From Deltaproteobacteria bacterium (GTDB taxonomy: Bacteria > Myxococcota_A > Polyangia > Haliangiales > Haliangiaceae), in NCBI GenBank assembly GCA_029565465.1, contig JAKQOD010000652.1:1-61119 (forward strand): a stretch of 61,119 nucleotides of DNA. Reading direction: 5' to 3'. The notes beneath the pieces were generated by a model that saw nothing but the letters and a program-made list of their open reading frames with translations, was not told where the DNA came from and searched no databases. Below are positions 46,405-54,861 of this stretch, one piece after another (position 1 is the stretch's first letter; every line of letters starts with the position of its first letter). A program made the translations under genes and the position numbers.

Positions 46405-47939
46405 GCTCGATCGATGCCTTCATCGACTTGATAGCGCAGAGCAACGACGTTTCCATTGTTCGGCGGGCAATGCACGACATTGCGATACTAGGACGCCTGA
46501 CAAATGACGCAGACGCACAACGGCCGATCGCCACGCAAGGCAGTGCAGGCGACCCCGCAATTCCTGAAGACTGGCAGTGGAGTGTGCTCGAAGACGTTAC
46601 AACCCGTGTGCATTACGGCTACACCGCGTCGGCGTCACGAACTAAGTCCGACGCAAAAATGCTGCGCATCACCGATATTCAAGATGACCGCGTTAATTGG
46701 GACACCGTTCCATACTGCGATATCGATGCAGAACGCGCGGAAAATTATTCGCTCGAGAACGGCGACCTGCTTATCGCAAGAACTGGCGGTACGATAGGCA
46801 AGACGTACCTAGCGGAAGGCATCGATTGCCGCGCGGTCTTTGCCTCGTATTTAATTCGCGCCACGCCGAACCATCGTGTGTTGCCGCGGTTTTTGAAGGC
46901 CTATACCTCAACGTCGCTATACTGGCAGCAGCTCTACGCTGGAGCCGCCGGGACTGGCCAACCTAACGTAAATGCTTCCACGCTAAAAAAGCTACGCATC
47001 CCCCTGCCGCCGCTTGCCGAGCAGAAGCGCATCGTGGCCAAAGTCGATCAGCTCATGGCCTTGTGCGATGAATTAGAAGCAAAACAAAACGCACAGCGCC
47101 AACTCGGCACTCGCCTCACCCGCTCCGCCCTCGACGCCCTCACAACAGCCACCACCCCCGACGAATTCACCACCGCCTGGCACCGAATTTGGCAGAACTT
47201 TGAAACGTTTGTAGCGAAACCCTCCGACGTTAATATTCTGCGTACACTAATTTTGTCATTGGCCGCATCAGGCAAGTTGATAGTCACCCCCAACCAAAGC
47301 AAACGTACGACACTGACGCCAGGATTGGCTTTTTCAATTCCGGATCACTGGCAGTGGACCACGGTTGGCAACGCCGGAGAATTAAAGCTGGGGAGGCAGC
47401 GTGCGCCAAGCAATCACCACGGCTCAAATATGGTGCCGTATCTGCGGGTCGCAAACGTCCATGAAAACCGATTGGCGCTCGATGATATTTTGGAAATGCA
47501 CTTTGAGCCAGAAGAGGCGAAGAGATTTGAACTCAAGCCCATGGATGTTCTCCTAAATGAAGGTCAAAGCTACGAACTGATTGGTCGGCCTGCGCTCTAT
47601 CGAGGAGAAATCCCCGGAGCATGCTTTCAAAACACCCTCATCAGATTCCGCGCACATGAAAACGTGGACCCGGAGTTCGCGCTTATCGTTTTTCGTGCCT
47701 ATTTGCGAATTGGGAGATTCATGAAAGAAGCGCAACAAACGACCAACATCGCGCACCTCAGCGCGGGACGATTGGCGGCGATCGAATTCCCGTTGCCGAC
47801 TCTTATGGAGCAGCGTGCAATCGTGGCCAAAGTTGCTCACCTAGCAAACATCTGCGACGAGCTCGAGGCAAAGTTGCAAAGCACAGAAGAAAAGGGCGGG
47901 AAACTAGCTGCCGCGCTCGTTCAGCAACTAGTTGTATAG
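46401..47939 (+). CDS. hsdS: Type I restriction-modification system, S (specificity) subunit
   Basis: GTG start overlapping the hsdM stop (GTGA). Two target-recognition domains, each followed by a conserved helix: LPPLAEQKRIVAKVDQLMALCDELEAK and LPTLMEQRAIVAKVAHLANICDELEAK. Confidence 0.9.
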   Translation: MSSIDAFIDLIAQSNDVSIVRRAMHDIAILGRLTNDADAQRPIATQGSAGDPAIPEDWQWSVLEDVTTRVHYGYTASASRTKSDAKMLRITDIQDDRVNWDTVPYCDIDAERAENYSLENGDLLIARTGGTIGKTYLAEGIDCRAVFASYLIRATPNHRVLPRFLKAYTSTSLYWQQLYAGAAGTGQPNVNASTLKKLRIPLPPLAEQKRIVAKVDQLMALCDELEAKQNAQRQLGTRLTRSALDALTTATTPDEFTTAWHRIWQNFETFVAKPSDVNILRTLILSLAASGKLIVTPNQSKRTTLTPGLAFSIPDHWQWTTVGNAGELKLGRQRAPSNHHGSNMVPYLRVANVHENRLALDDILEMHFEPEEAKRFELKPMDVLLNEGQSYELIGRPALYRGEIPGACFQNTLIRFRAHENVDPEFALIVFRAYLRIGRFMKEAQQTTNIAHLSAGRLAAIEFPLPTLMEQRAIVAKVAHLANICDELEAKLQSTEEKGGKLAAALVQQLVV

Positions 47940-47981
47940 CGCCAAATGTAGTGGCTATTAGCGCATTGGTGACGCGTGCGC

Positions 47982-49568
47982 TCATGGCGTTGCAGGTTTA
48001 ACAATATCGATCAGACAGACCGACACCCTGTAGTTACTATTCTTCAATTGTCGTGCCGCGTTCTTCAATACTACACGACTAAAGAACGGCAGCAATCTCG
48101 ACAGTTTTGTCGTCGATGTGTGCCGTGCAATGATAGCGTACACAACTTCAAATTCGGTCGTATCAATCGCTTGCACAAACGCGTCATCGAACTGCGTTGG
48201 CAAGAGCCCGCGCACCTTGGAACGAAAGCTCTCGTCCTCTTGCATACTAGTAGCCGACAGCAATCCCTGCTGGAACAGGTGACTCAACGTACTCGATGAC
48301 GTACCGCGTTTGACATGAATCATTTCCCTTGATGGCGAGTAGAGATCGCAAAACTCAAGCCTACTTCTGCCCCCGCCGTACACGATCGATCGCGCATCAG
48401 CGCACTGGTATCCAAGCTCTTTCTCGATTCGCTTATTGTACTTACCTTCAACTTCTTTGTGTTTAGCCGACGGCAGCGGTTTCTTTACCAATAGTTTATC
48501 GACGGCCTTGTTTACCTTTTGCACAAAGTTGCGCTCTACTTCGAACCACGTGCCGTTCGACAAAATAGACGTATTCACGTCGTCGCTAATTTCGCAATGC
48601 AACGATTTATACAGCGACCATTTCTTCACACAGTCACCATTGCCATCGAAGCCATAAAGATGGCGGCGCTTGAGAAATGCAACGCTAGTCTTGCTGGAGT
48701 CAGCCTCCAGCTCCTGCAGCAGGTCGTCGATTGAAGGATCAGCGCTTAACGTCGTGGGTGGCTGGTCAAACGCAAAGCCCTCAATCTCCTTCCAATTGAT
48801 CACTTCTGGTGGCCCAAGCCACATACCTTTCGTCTCTCGGTCGTTGAGTTTGGCAATCAACTCCGCGTCAAGCGATTCGATTTTTTGGGGATCGAGCACT
48901 TCCGAAATCTGATCAATACCATCGAACTTTTCTTTATATGCTTCCGATTCGAATTGCTGCAGATATAGGCCCAGCAGGAGCGGCAAACTCGATAGCTCCG
49001 TGCGGGCACGAATAGCCAGCGGGCCCTTGCCCACCATAAACACGCCTAACTTTGGATCCGCCGGTTGGCCGCTAATTGCACGTACGACTTCTTGCTCGTA
49101 ATCGATACCAAACTGACGGATTGGCCCGTGTTGAACGGACTGAGTTTGTTTGTGATTCGCAATTGCTTCCATGGATGTCACATTCACTGATCGAATGGCC
49201 GCTTCGGCGATCGAGTTCAGTGTCACGCGAAGCCCAAATTTCTCCTCGGCAACATCTTCACTTAGCAGCGTCCAGCCGTAACCAAACGTAACCGCGAACC
49301 ATCGCCCAGAGTTTTTCACCAATAGGACCGCAGAGTGACTACGATTTTTCAGCGTTGGGAACTTTAGAACATACGGTTTGAACATCGCCGCCCATGACGG
49401 CTCCCTGTCTGCTGCGAGCGCCATATACAACGTACCGATATAATGCTCGCCATCCACTACATCCATCTTCTTCAGGCCAGCTTGGCCTTTTAGGATGTGC
49501 TTGGGGTCAGTACCCTGCTTCACCAAATGAATCGTTAAACCAACCAGCGGCAGCTTCTTCTTCGACAT
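47982..49568 (-). CDS. TIGR04141 / DUF6119-like 'sporadically distributed' protein
   Basis: ATG at 49568, preceded by AGGAGG 7 nt upstream. MSKKKLPLVGLTIHLVKQG..., AVLLVKNSGRWFAVTFGYGWTLL, EKFGLRVTLNS, IRQFGIDYEQEVVRAISG. These match my recollection of the TIGR04141 family. Confidence 0.6.
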   Translation of the reverse strand: MSKKKLPLVGLTIHLVKQGTDPKHILKGQAGLKKMDVVDGEHYIGTLYMALAADREPSWAAMFKPYVLKFPTLKNRSHSAVLLVKNSGRWFAVTFGYGWTLLSEDVAEEKFGLRVTLNSIAEAAIRSVNVTSMEAIANHKQTQSVQHGPIRQFGIDYEQEVVRAISGQPADPKLGVFMVGKGPLAIRARTELSSLPLLLGLYLQQFESEAYKEKFDGIDQISEVLDPQKIESLDAELIAKLNDRETKGMWLGPPEVINWKEIEGFAFDQPPTTLSADPSIDDLLQELEADSSKTSVAFLKRRHLYGFDGNGDCVKKWSLYKSLHCEISDDVNTSILSNGTWFEVERNFVQKVNKAVDKLLVKKPLPSAKHKEVEGKYNKRIEKELGYQCADARSIVYGGGRSRLEFCDLYSPSREMIHVKRGTSSSTLSHLFQQGLLSATSMQEDESFRSKVRGLLPTQFDDAFVQAIDTTEFEVVYAIIARHTSTTKLSRLLPFFSRVVLKNAARQLKNSNYRVSVCLIDIVKPATP

Positions 49569-49685
49569 TGCAAATCCTCCTGTGCCCGCGCGGGAATGTT
49601 GGCCCCGCCCCAAAAGGAGCCTACCAAAGCCGCCACGCGAAGTGTTTGAACTGATTCACGATGCGACCACGCATGGACGAAGGCA

Positions 49686-50162
49686 ATGTTCAGACGTGAA
49701 CGTGAGATCTTCCCACGGCGCCACCAGGATATTTCGCTTGCTAGACCCGCAAATAGGATGAGAGGGTTTGGCGTGGCCAACGGGTTGCCAAAGATTGGGC
49801 GTCGCCTGGATTCGCTGCCAGTTAGGCTCGCGTGGGTGCGAGATCTCGAATTCTTTGAGGGTGCAATTCTGTCGGAACACCAAGCACCGAATGGTGACGT
49901 TTACTTGATGAAATGGTGCGCACAAACCGGTGGCACCACGCGATGGTTAGCAACGCAAGCTGAAGCAGGCGCGATTTCCGCGTATCTCGACGGAAAACGA
50001 AGCATGTTTGATTTGTTGAATACAGACGGCGGATTCTTGGTGGATCAAGTCGACAATCAGATTGTCGCGGTTTGGTCGGTCGGCCTGGCGGAGATTCCAG
50101 AAGCATACCTACCTACACGAAACGCAATGCACGATCCAACACTGCGGCCGGTGCAACTGTAA
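49686..50162 (+). CDS. Hypothetical protein; first gene of a four-gene operon; start uncertain (49686 or 49758)
   Basis: The C-terminal ~110 aa are coding-like ([30 protein letters not shown]...). The stop lies 5 nt before the DUF5131 ATG. Confidence 0.5.
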   Translation: MFRREREIFPRRHQDISLARPANRMRGFGVANGLPKIGRRLDSLPVRLAWVRDLEFFEGAILSEHQAPNGDVYLMKWCAQTGGTTRWLATQAEAGAISAYLDGKRSMFDLLNTDGGFLVDQVDNQIVAVWSVGLAEIPEAYLPTRNAMHDPTLRPVQL

Positions 50163-50167
50163 CGCCC

Positions 50168-50971
50168 ATGGCGCAAGGCTCAGGCATCGAATGGACGGAG
50201 TCCACGTGGAATCCGGTGACGGGCTGCAACAAAATCAGCCCGGGCTGCAAGCATTGTTATGCGGAGCGGATGTCGGAGCGGCTGCAAGCGATGGGGCAGC
50301 CGAACTATCGCAATGGGTTTGCGCTGACGCTGCAACCGAAGATGCTGGAGCTACCGCTAGGTTGGAAAAAGCCACAGCGGATCTTTGTGAACTCGATGAG
50401 CGACTTGTTTCACAAAGCGGTGCCAGAGGCGTACATCCAACAGGTGTTTGATGTGATGCGGCGCGCGTATTGGCACCAGTTTCAAGTGTTGACGAAACGA
50501 GCGGAACGAGTGGCGGCGCTGGATGCGCACATTGATTGGCCAGCAAATGTCTGGATGGGCGTAAGCGTGGAAAATGCGGACTACGTTGACCGCATTGAGG
50601 CGTTGCGGTCGACGCGGGCGCACGTGAAGTTTCTCTCGATCGAACCTTTGCTGGGGCCGCTGCCCAAGCTCAAGCTGCGGGGCATTCACTGGGTGATCGT
50701 CGGCGGCGAATCAGGGCCCGGTGCACGGCCAATGCAGCCCGAGTGGGTTGCGGGTATTCGCGAGCAATGCATCAAAGCCAACGTGGCGTTTTTCTTTAAG
50801 CAGTGGGGCGGCACCAACAAGAAAAAGGCTGGCCGGTTGCTTGAAGGCAGAACGTGGGACGAAATGCCGACGAGCCCAGCGGTGGCGAGCATGTCCGGCA
50901 ACGATGTGGATCGAAGGCCGCTGCCCAACCGCGCGCGCCGCACAGTGCGGCTGGCGATGGCGCAGGATTGA
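50168..50971 (+). CDS. DUF5131 (phage Gp37/Gp68) family protein
   Basis: Start re-picked to the ATG at 50168: [33 protein letters not shown] (three-Cys motif at nt 50225-50257). [51 protein letters not shown]. Confidence 0.85.
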   Translation: MAQGSGIEWTESTWNPVTGCNKISPGCKHCYAERMSERLQAMGQPNYRNGFALTLQPKMLELPLGWKKPQRIFVNSMSDLFHKAVPEAYIQQVFDVMRRAYWHQFQVLTKRAERVAALDAHIDWPANVWMGVSVENADYVDRIEALRSTRAHVKFLSIEPLLGPLPKLKLRGIHWVIVGGESGPGARPMQPEWVAGIREQCIKANVAFFFKQWGGTNKKKAGRLLEGRTWDEMPTSPAVASMSGNDVDRRPLPNRARRTVRLAMAQD

Positions 50972-51074
50972 TTCGTCGACGGTATTGCTTTGGCGGAACG
51001 CCACTCGCGGCGCCGGGCTTACAAGAATTTCAAAACGCTTGCATGGCGGTTTGTGAAAATGCGAGGGTGTGGGC

Positions 51075-51989
51075 ATGAGTCGGCCAGCGACGGTACTTTT
51101 TGAACGGCAGCGCCAAGCGTTGTTGTTGCTCGAAGCGTTGGGTGGCGAAGTTGGCAATGTCGATTTTCAAAAGTTGCTGTTTTTGTACTGCCAAGAAAAC
51201 AGCGCGACGGCACCGTATGAGTTTGTGCCGTACAAGTTTGGAGCGTTTTCGTTCACTAGCTACGCCGACCGGCGAAAGTTGGTCGAGGGGGAATTGCTAG
51301 ATGCAGATGATTCGCAATGGCGGCTAACCGAAGCCGGCCGCACGGCCTTGAAGCGCACGGATAAGTCGGCAGCGACGGCATTTGCACAGCGGCATCGCAG
51401 TATGCGTGGCGACGCGTTGGTAGCTGCAACGTACCGACAGTTTCCGTACTATGCCACGCGCAGTGAAATCGCTGCGCGGGTGCTCGACGGCGACCGGGTG
51501 GCGCTGCAGAACATCGAACGTGCAGCGCCAAGCCCGAAGGCCACGATCGGCCGAGTCTGCACGATTGGCTACGAAGGCCGCACGCTTGAAAACTATCTAA
51601 ATGCGCTGCTGGCTGCTGGCGTGACGCTGTTGTGCGACGTGCGGCGCAATCCGATTAGTCGCAAATATGGGTTTTCCAAGAGCACGTTGGCCAATGGCTG
51701 CGCCGGCGTAGGGATCCGTTATGAACACTTGCGCGAGCTTGGCATCGACTCAGAGCAACGCCAAAGCTTGGTGACGCAAGCCGACTACGATGCGCTGTTT
51801 GCCGACTACGAGCGACACAGCTTGCCGCTGCAACGATCGTCGCTGCAGCAAATCGTGGCGTGGCTCAAGGCAGGCCAGCGTGTCGCACTGACGTGTTATG
51901 AGTCTTTGCCGCAACAGTGCCATCGGCATTGTGTGGCGGAGACACTGGAAGCAGAAATGGGCAAAAGGTTTACTGCACTGCATTTGTAG
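51075..51989 (+). CDS. Fusion protein: N-terminal domain of uncertain identity plus a C-terminal DUF488 domain
   Basis: ATG at 51075. DUF488 motifs: VCTIGYEGRT, LLCDVRRNPISRKYGFSK, IRYEHLRELG, ALTCYESLPQQCHRHCVAE. In the N-terminal ~150 aa, KLLFLYCQ...YEFVPYKFGAFS is weakly reminiscent of DUF4065/Panacea-type domains. Confidence 0.75.
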   Translation: MSRPATVLFERQRQALLLLEALGGEVGNVDFQKLLFLYCQENSATAPYEFVPYKFGAFSFTSYADRRKLVEGELLDADDSQWRLTEAGRTALKRTDKSAATAFAQRHRSMRGDALVAATYRQFPYYATRSEIAARVLDGDRVALQNIERAAPSPKATIGRVCTIGYEGRTLENYLNALLAAGVTLLCDVRRNPISRKYGFSKSTLANGCAGVGIRYEHLRELGIDSEQRQSLVTQADYDALFADYERHSLPLQRSSLQQIVAWLKAGQRVALTCYESLPQQCHRHCVAETLEAEMGKRFTALHL

Positions 51990-52016
51990 AACTGCAACAT
52001 CAACGAGGGAGTGGGT

Positions 52017-52855
52017 ATGGTGGAGGTCAAGCAAGAGCGCATTCTTGTTACGGTAAAGACGTATCCGACGCTGTCGCGCAAATACGGCGAAACGGTATGC
52101 ACCGCTGGCGTGCGCGAAGATGGCACGTGGGTACGGATGTATCCGGTGCCGTTTCGGCGCATGGACGAGGAGCAGCAATATAAGAAATATGATTGGCTGC
52201 AGTGTCGGGTGGTGCGTAGCAGCACAGACCCGCGGCCCGAAACGTATCGGCCGGTTGATGAGCGCGAGCTTGTGGCAGTCGATCATGTTGGCACCGACAA
52301 CAATTGGCGCGAGCGGCGGCGATTGCTGTTGCAGACGGCGCCGGTTTACGATCGCTTGGATGAACTGATTGCTGGCGCTAAGGCGAATGAGATTTCGCTC
52401 GCGGTGTTTCGACCAACCCGTGTGACTGGGTTTATCTGGAGCAAGAAGAACGCGACTGGGACCCGCAGCGATTGCGGCAAATGCGCGAAACCACCAACCA
52501 GCATGACCTATTCGCCGACAACTCGTGGCGAGAGACGTTTAGGGTCGTACGGAAATTACCCTACAGCTTTTCGTATCGTTTTGAAGATGCGATGGGCAAA
52601 GCGAGCGAGCTGCAAATTCTCGATTGGGAAGCCGGCGCGCTGTATTGGAAGTGCTTGAAGATGACCAGTGGCGACGAAGCAAAAGCGCTGGCCAAAGTGA
52701 AACAGAAATATTTCGAGGAGTTCCTCAAAAAAGACCTGCACTTTTACCTGGGCACTACGCAACAGTTTCATTTACGCGGCCCAAACCCGTGGGTGATCAT
52801 CGGTGTGTTGCCGATACCGCATACGGTTACTGAGCCGCAAATGGCGTTGTTCTGA
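52017..52855 (+). pseudogene. Uncharacterised conserved-looking gene interrupted by a 1-nt frameshift near 52436-52441
   Basis: ATG at 52017, 7 nt after GAGGGAG. Frame 0 reads MVEVKQERILVTVKTYPTLSRKYGETVCTAGV...ISLAVFRPTRVTGFIW and then degenerates. The other frame is open from 52391 and reads ...LEQEERDWDPQRLRQMRETTNQHDLF...GPNPWVIIGVLPIP to the stop at 52855. Restoring one G in TGG(G)AG joins them into ~280 aa. Confidence 0.6.
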
Positions 52856-53049
52856 GCGCAATGTCGTGAGCGGGCTGAAGCGCGTTGCGAAAGGCCCGAT
52901 TCGGCGACAATGTCACTTCGGCGGACCGCCACGCGGCGCTTGCTTCCTTGTACCGGTGCACCGGGCGCCACCGCATGCGCGGGACCGGCCGCATTCAACA
53001 ATGTTCGATTTGTTGTAACATTTGGGGCCCAACGTCGCTCTGCTTCATT

Positions 53050-53697
53050 GTGACCCCATACTTGACCAAACTAGCTGAGCCCCACAACGCCACAGATCTT
53101 GAGCTGGTCGCAGCTGTATGCGCAGGTGACCGCGTTGTGTTCGAAAAGTTGGTACAACAGCACAACCAACGGCTCTATCGCGTAGTTCGCGCGGTCCTGC
53201 GCAGCGACAACGATGCAGAGGACGCACTCCAACAAACCTGGTTGGTGATCTATAGAAACTTGGCAAGCTTTCGCGGTGAGGCCGCTTTTTCCACATGGGC
53301 CACACGCATCGCAGCGCGCACCGCGATTGCGTTAGCACACAAAATCCCCGCGATCGCAGAGGTGGAGGACATGGTTGATGCCCGCGAAACACCCGAAGCA
53401 ATGACGGCGCGTTACCAGCTAGGCAGCTTGTTCGAAAAGCTCCTTGCGCAACTACCGCAAGGGCACCGAGAGGTGTTGGTGCTGCGCGACGTGATGGAAA
53501 TGGACACGGCAGAAACTGCCATCTGTTTGCAGATTTCCGAAGCAGCAGTCAGAGTCAGGCTCCATCGTGCGCGCGCCGACATCGCTGCGCTATTGACTAC
53601 CAGTTTAGCGCATGACGCCCAAGCTGTATATGCGTTTGACGGTGCACGTTGTGCTCGCATCACTGCGTTTGTCATGCGCGCCGTCGAATCTTTGTAA
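53050..53697 (+). CDS. ECF-type RNA polymerase sigma-70 family factor
   Basis: GTG start at 53050 chosen because the upstream part of the track ORF is not protein-like. Region 2: LVAAVCAGDRVVFEKLVQQHNQRLYRVVRAVLRSDNDAEDALQQTWLVIYRNLASFRGEAAFSTWATRIA. Region 4: LPQGHREVLVLRDVMEMDTAETAICLQISEAAVRVRLHRAR. Confidence 0.8.
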   Translation: MTPYLTKLAEPHNATDLELVAAVCAGDRVVFEKLVQQHNQRLYRVVRAVLRSDNDAEDALQQTWLVIYRNLASFRGEAAFSTWATRIAARTAIALAHKIPAIAEVEDMVDARETPEAMTARYQLGSLFEKLLAQLPQGHREVLVLRDVMEMDTAETAICLQISEAAVRVRLHRARADIAALLTTSLAHDAQAVYAFDGARCARITAFVMRAVESL

Positions 53698-53727
53698 CAG
53701 TTCGGCGCAACGCCCGCTCTACTGTGC

Positions 53728-54165
53728 ATGCGATACATTATGTTTCCTATTCTAATAAGCTCGATGGTTTCCTGCGCGAGCACTCCAACAGCCAATCCGA
53801 GCCCCGCAATCACGCACACCAATGACGGTGCGCTAGCCCAAATTGACCAAGGCAAAAAGCTCTACGTTCAATACTGCGCAGGCTGCCATGGCAATGGCGG
53901 CGAGGGCACGGCAAAAGCTCCGCCCGTTGTTGGGGCCGGCGCCTTCCCTTTGGTGGCAGCAACCGATGCCAAGCGGAATGTCCCATTCCATACAGCCGCT
54001 GATGTGTTTACGTGGACCGTTAAGCACATGCCCGCAGATGCGCCAGGCTCGCTGTCGACGGAGCAATACTTGGCGATCTTCGCGTTTGATCTAACCGCCA
54101 ATGGTGTGAAACTTTCGGCTCCACTCGATGCGGCAAAAGCAGCGGCGATCGTTTTGCACCCCTAG
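53728..54165 (+). CDS. c-type cytochrome (class I), lipoprotein
   Basis: MRYIMFPILISSMVSCAS (lipobox). Haem-binding CAGCHG (CxxCH) and a distal Met context TVKHMPAD. Confidence 0.8.
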   Translation: MRYIMFPILISSMVSCASTPTANPSPAITHTNDGALAQIDQGKKLYVQYCAGCHGNGGEGTAKAPPVVGAGAFPLVAATDAKRNVPFHTAADVFTWTVKHMPADAPGSLSTEQYLAIFAFDLTANGVKLSAPLDAAKAAAIVLHP

Positions 54166-54177
54166 TTCAGGTGATAC

Positions 54178-54774
54178 ATGACTATCGCTAACAATCCTAA
54201 GGCGCTCGCTTTGTTTGAAACCGCCTATGAAACGTTGCTAAGTGGCATGAGTGAACTAGGCTTCAACATTACTGATGCAAACTTCGATGGTACAGCCAAG
54301 CGGGCAGCAAAAGGTTTTCACGCGTTGGTGCTAGATCAATCGCAGACGAGTGTTGCGATCGATGAAATGTTGGCGACTTGTTTTCCAGCGAAATTTCGAG
54401 ACATGGTGGTATCGAAACACAATGTTGCATTTGGCTTATGCCCACATCATCTGTTGCCAGTGATCTACAAAATTTCGGTCGCCTACTTGCCGCAGCAACG
54501 CGTAATAGGTCTCTCCAAGATTTCGCGCTTGGTACGCATGCTGGCGCGCGCGCCAGTGTTGCAAGAAGACCTGACCGAGGATCTGGCGAATCTATTCCAT
54601 ACCCGATTGGCGAGCGATGGGTCTGCGGTTTTCGTTGAAGGAATGCATTTATGTATGGCGGCGCGCGGAGTTGGCGCACATGAGGCGCGGCTATCGACAA
54701 CCGCGGTCCGTGGGAAGCTGGCCGAGCCGGCTTTGCGCCAAGAGTTTATGAAACTCGCGACGACGGTACCTTAG
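54178..54774 (+). CDS. folE: GTP cyclohydrolase I (FolE) family protein, divergent active-site motif
   Basis: FGLCPHHLLPV (canonical is CEHH), RVIGLSKISRLVRMLARAPVLQEDLT, VFVEGMHLCMAARGV. The order and spacing match the FolE T-fold. Confidence 0.75.
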   Translation: MTIANNPKALALFETAYETLLSGMSELGFNITDANFDGTAKRAAKGFHALVLDQSQTSVAIDEMLATCFPAKFRDMVVSKHNVAFGLCPHHLLPVIYKISVAYLPQQRVIGLSKISRLVRMLARAPVLQEDLTEDLANLFHTRLASDGSAVFVEGMHLCMAARGVGAHEARLSTTAVRGKLAEPALRQEFMKLATTVP

Positions 54775-54861
54775 ATGATCTACTAGCTCGGCGTTGGTAA
54801 GCCACGACCGCGCCAAGCGTAGCAAGCTCATTCAACGAAGGAACATGCTAGCGTGCGGACA

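Noticed and set aside
52439-52658. C-terminal 70 aa of track ORF 52011-52658 (…SKKNATGTRSDCGKCAKPPTSMTYSPTTRGERR…)
   Set aside because: This is out-of-frame read-through after the frameshift. The overlapping frame continues the protein convincingly.
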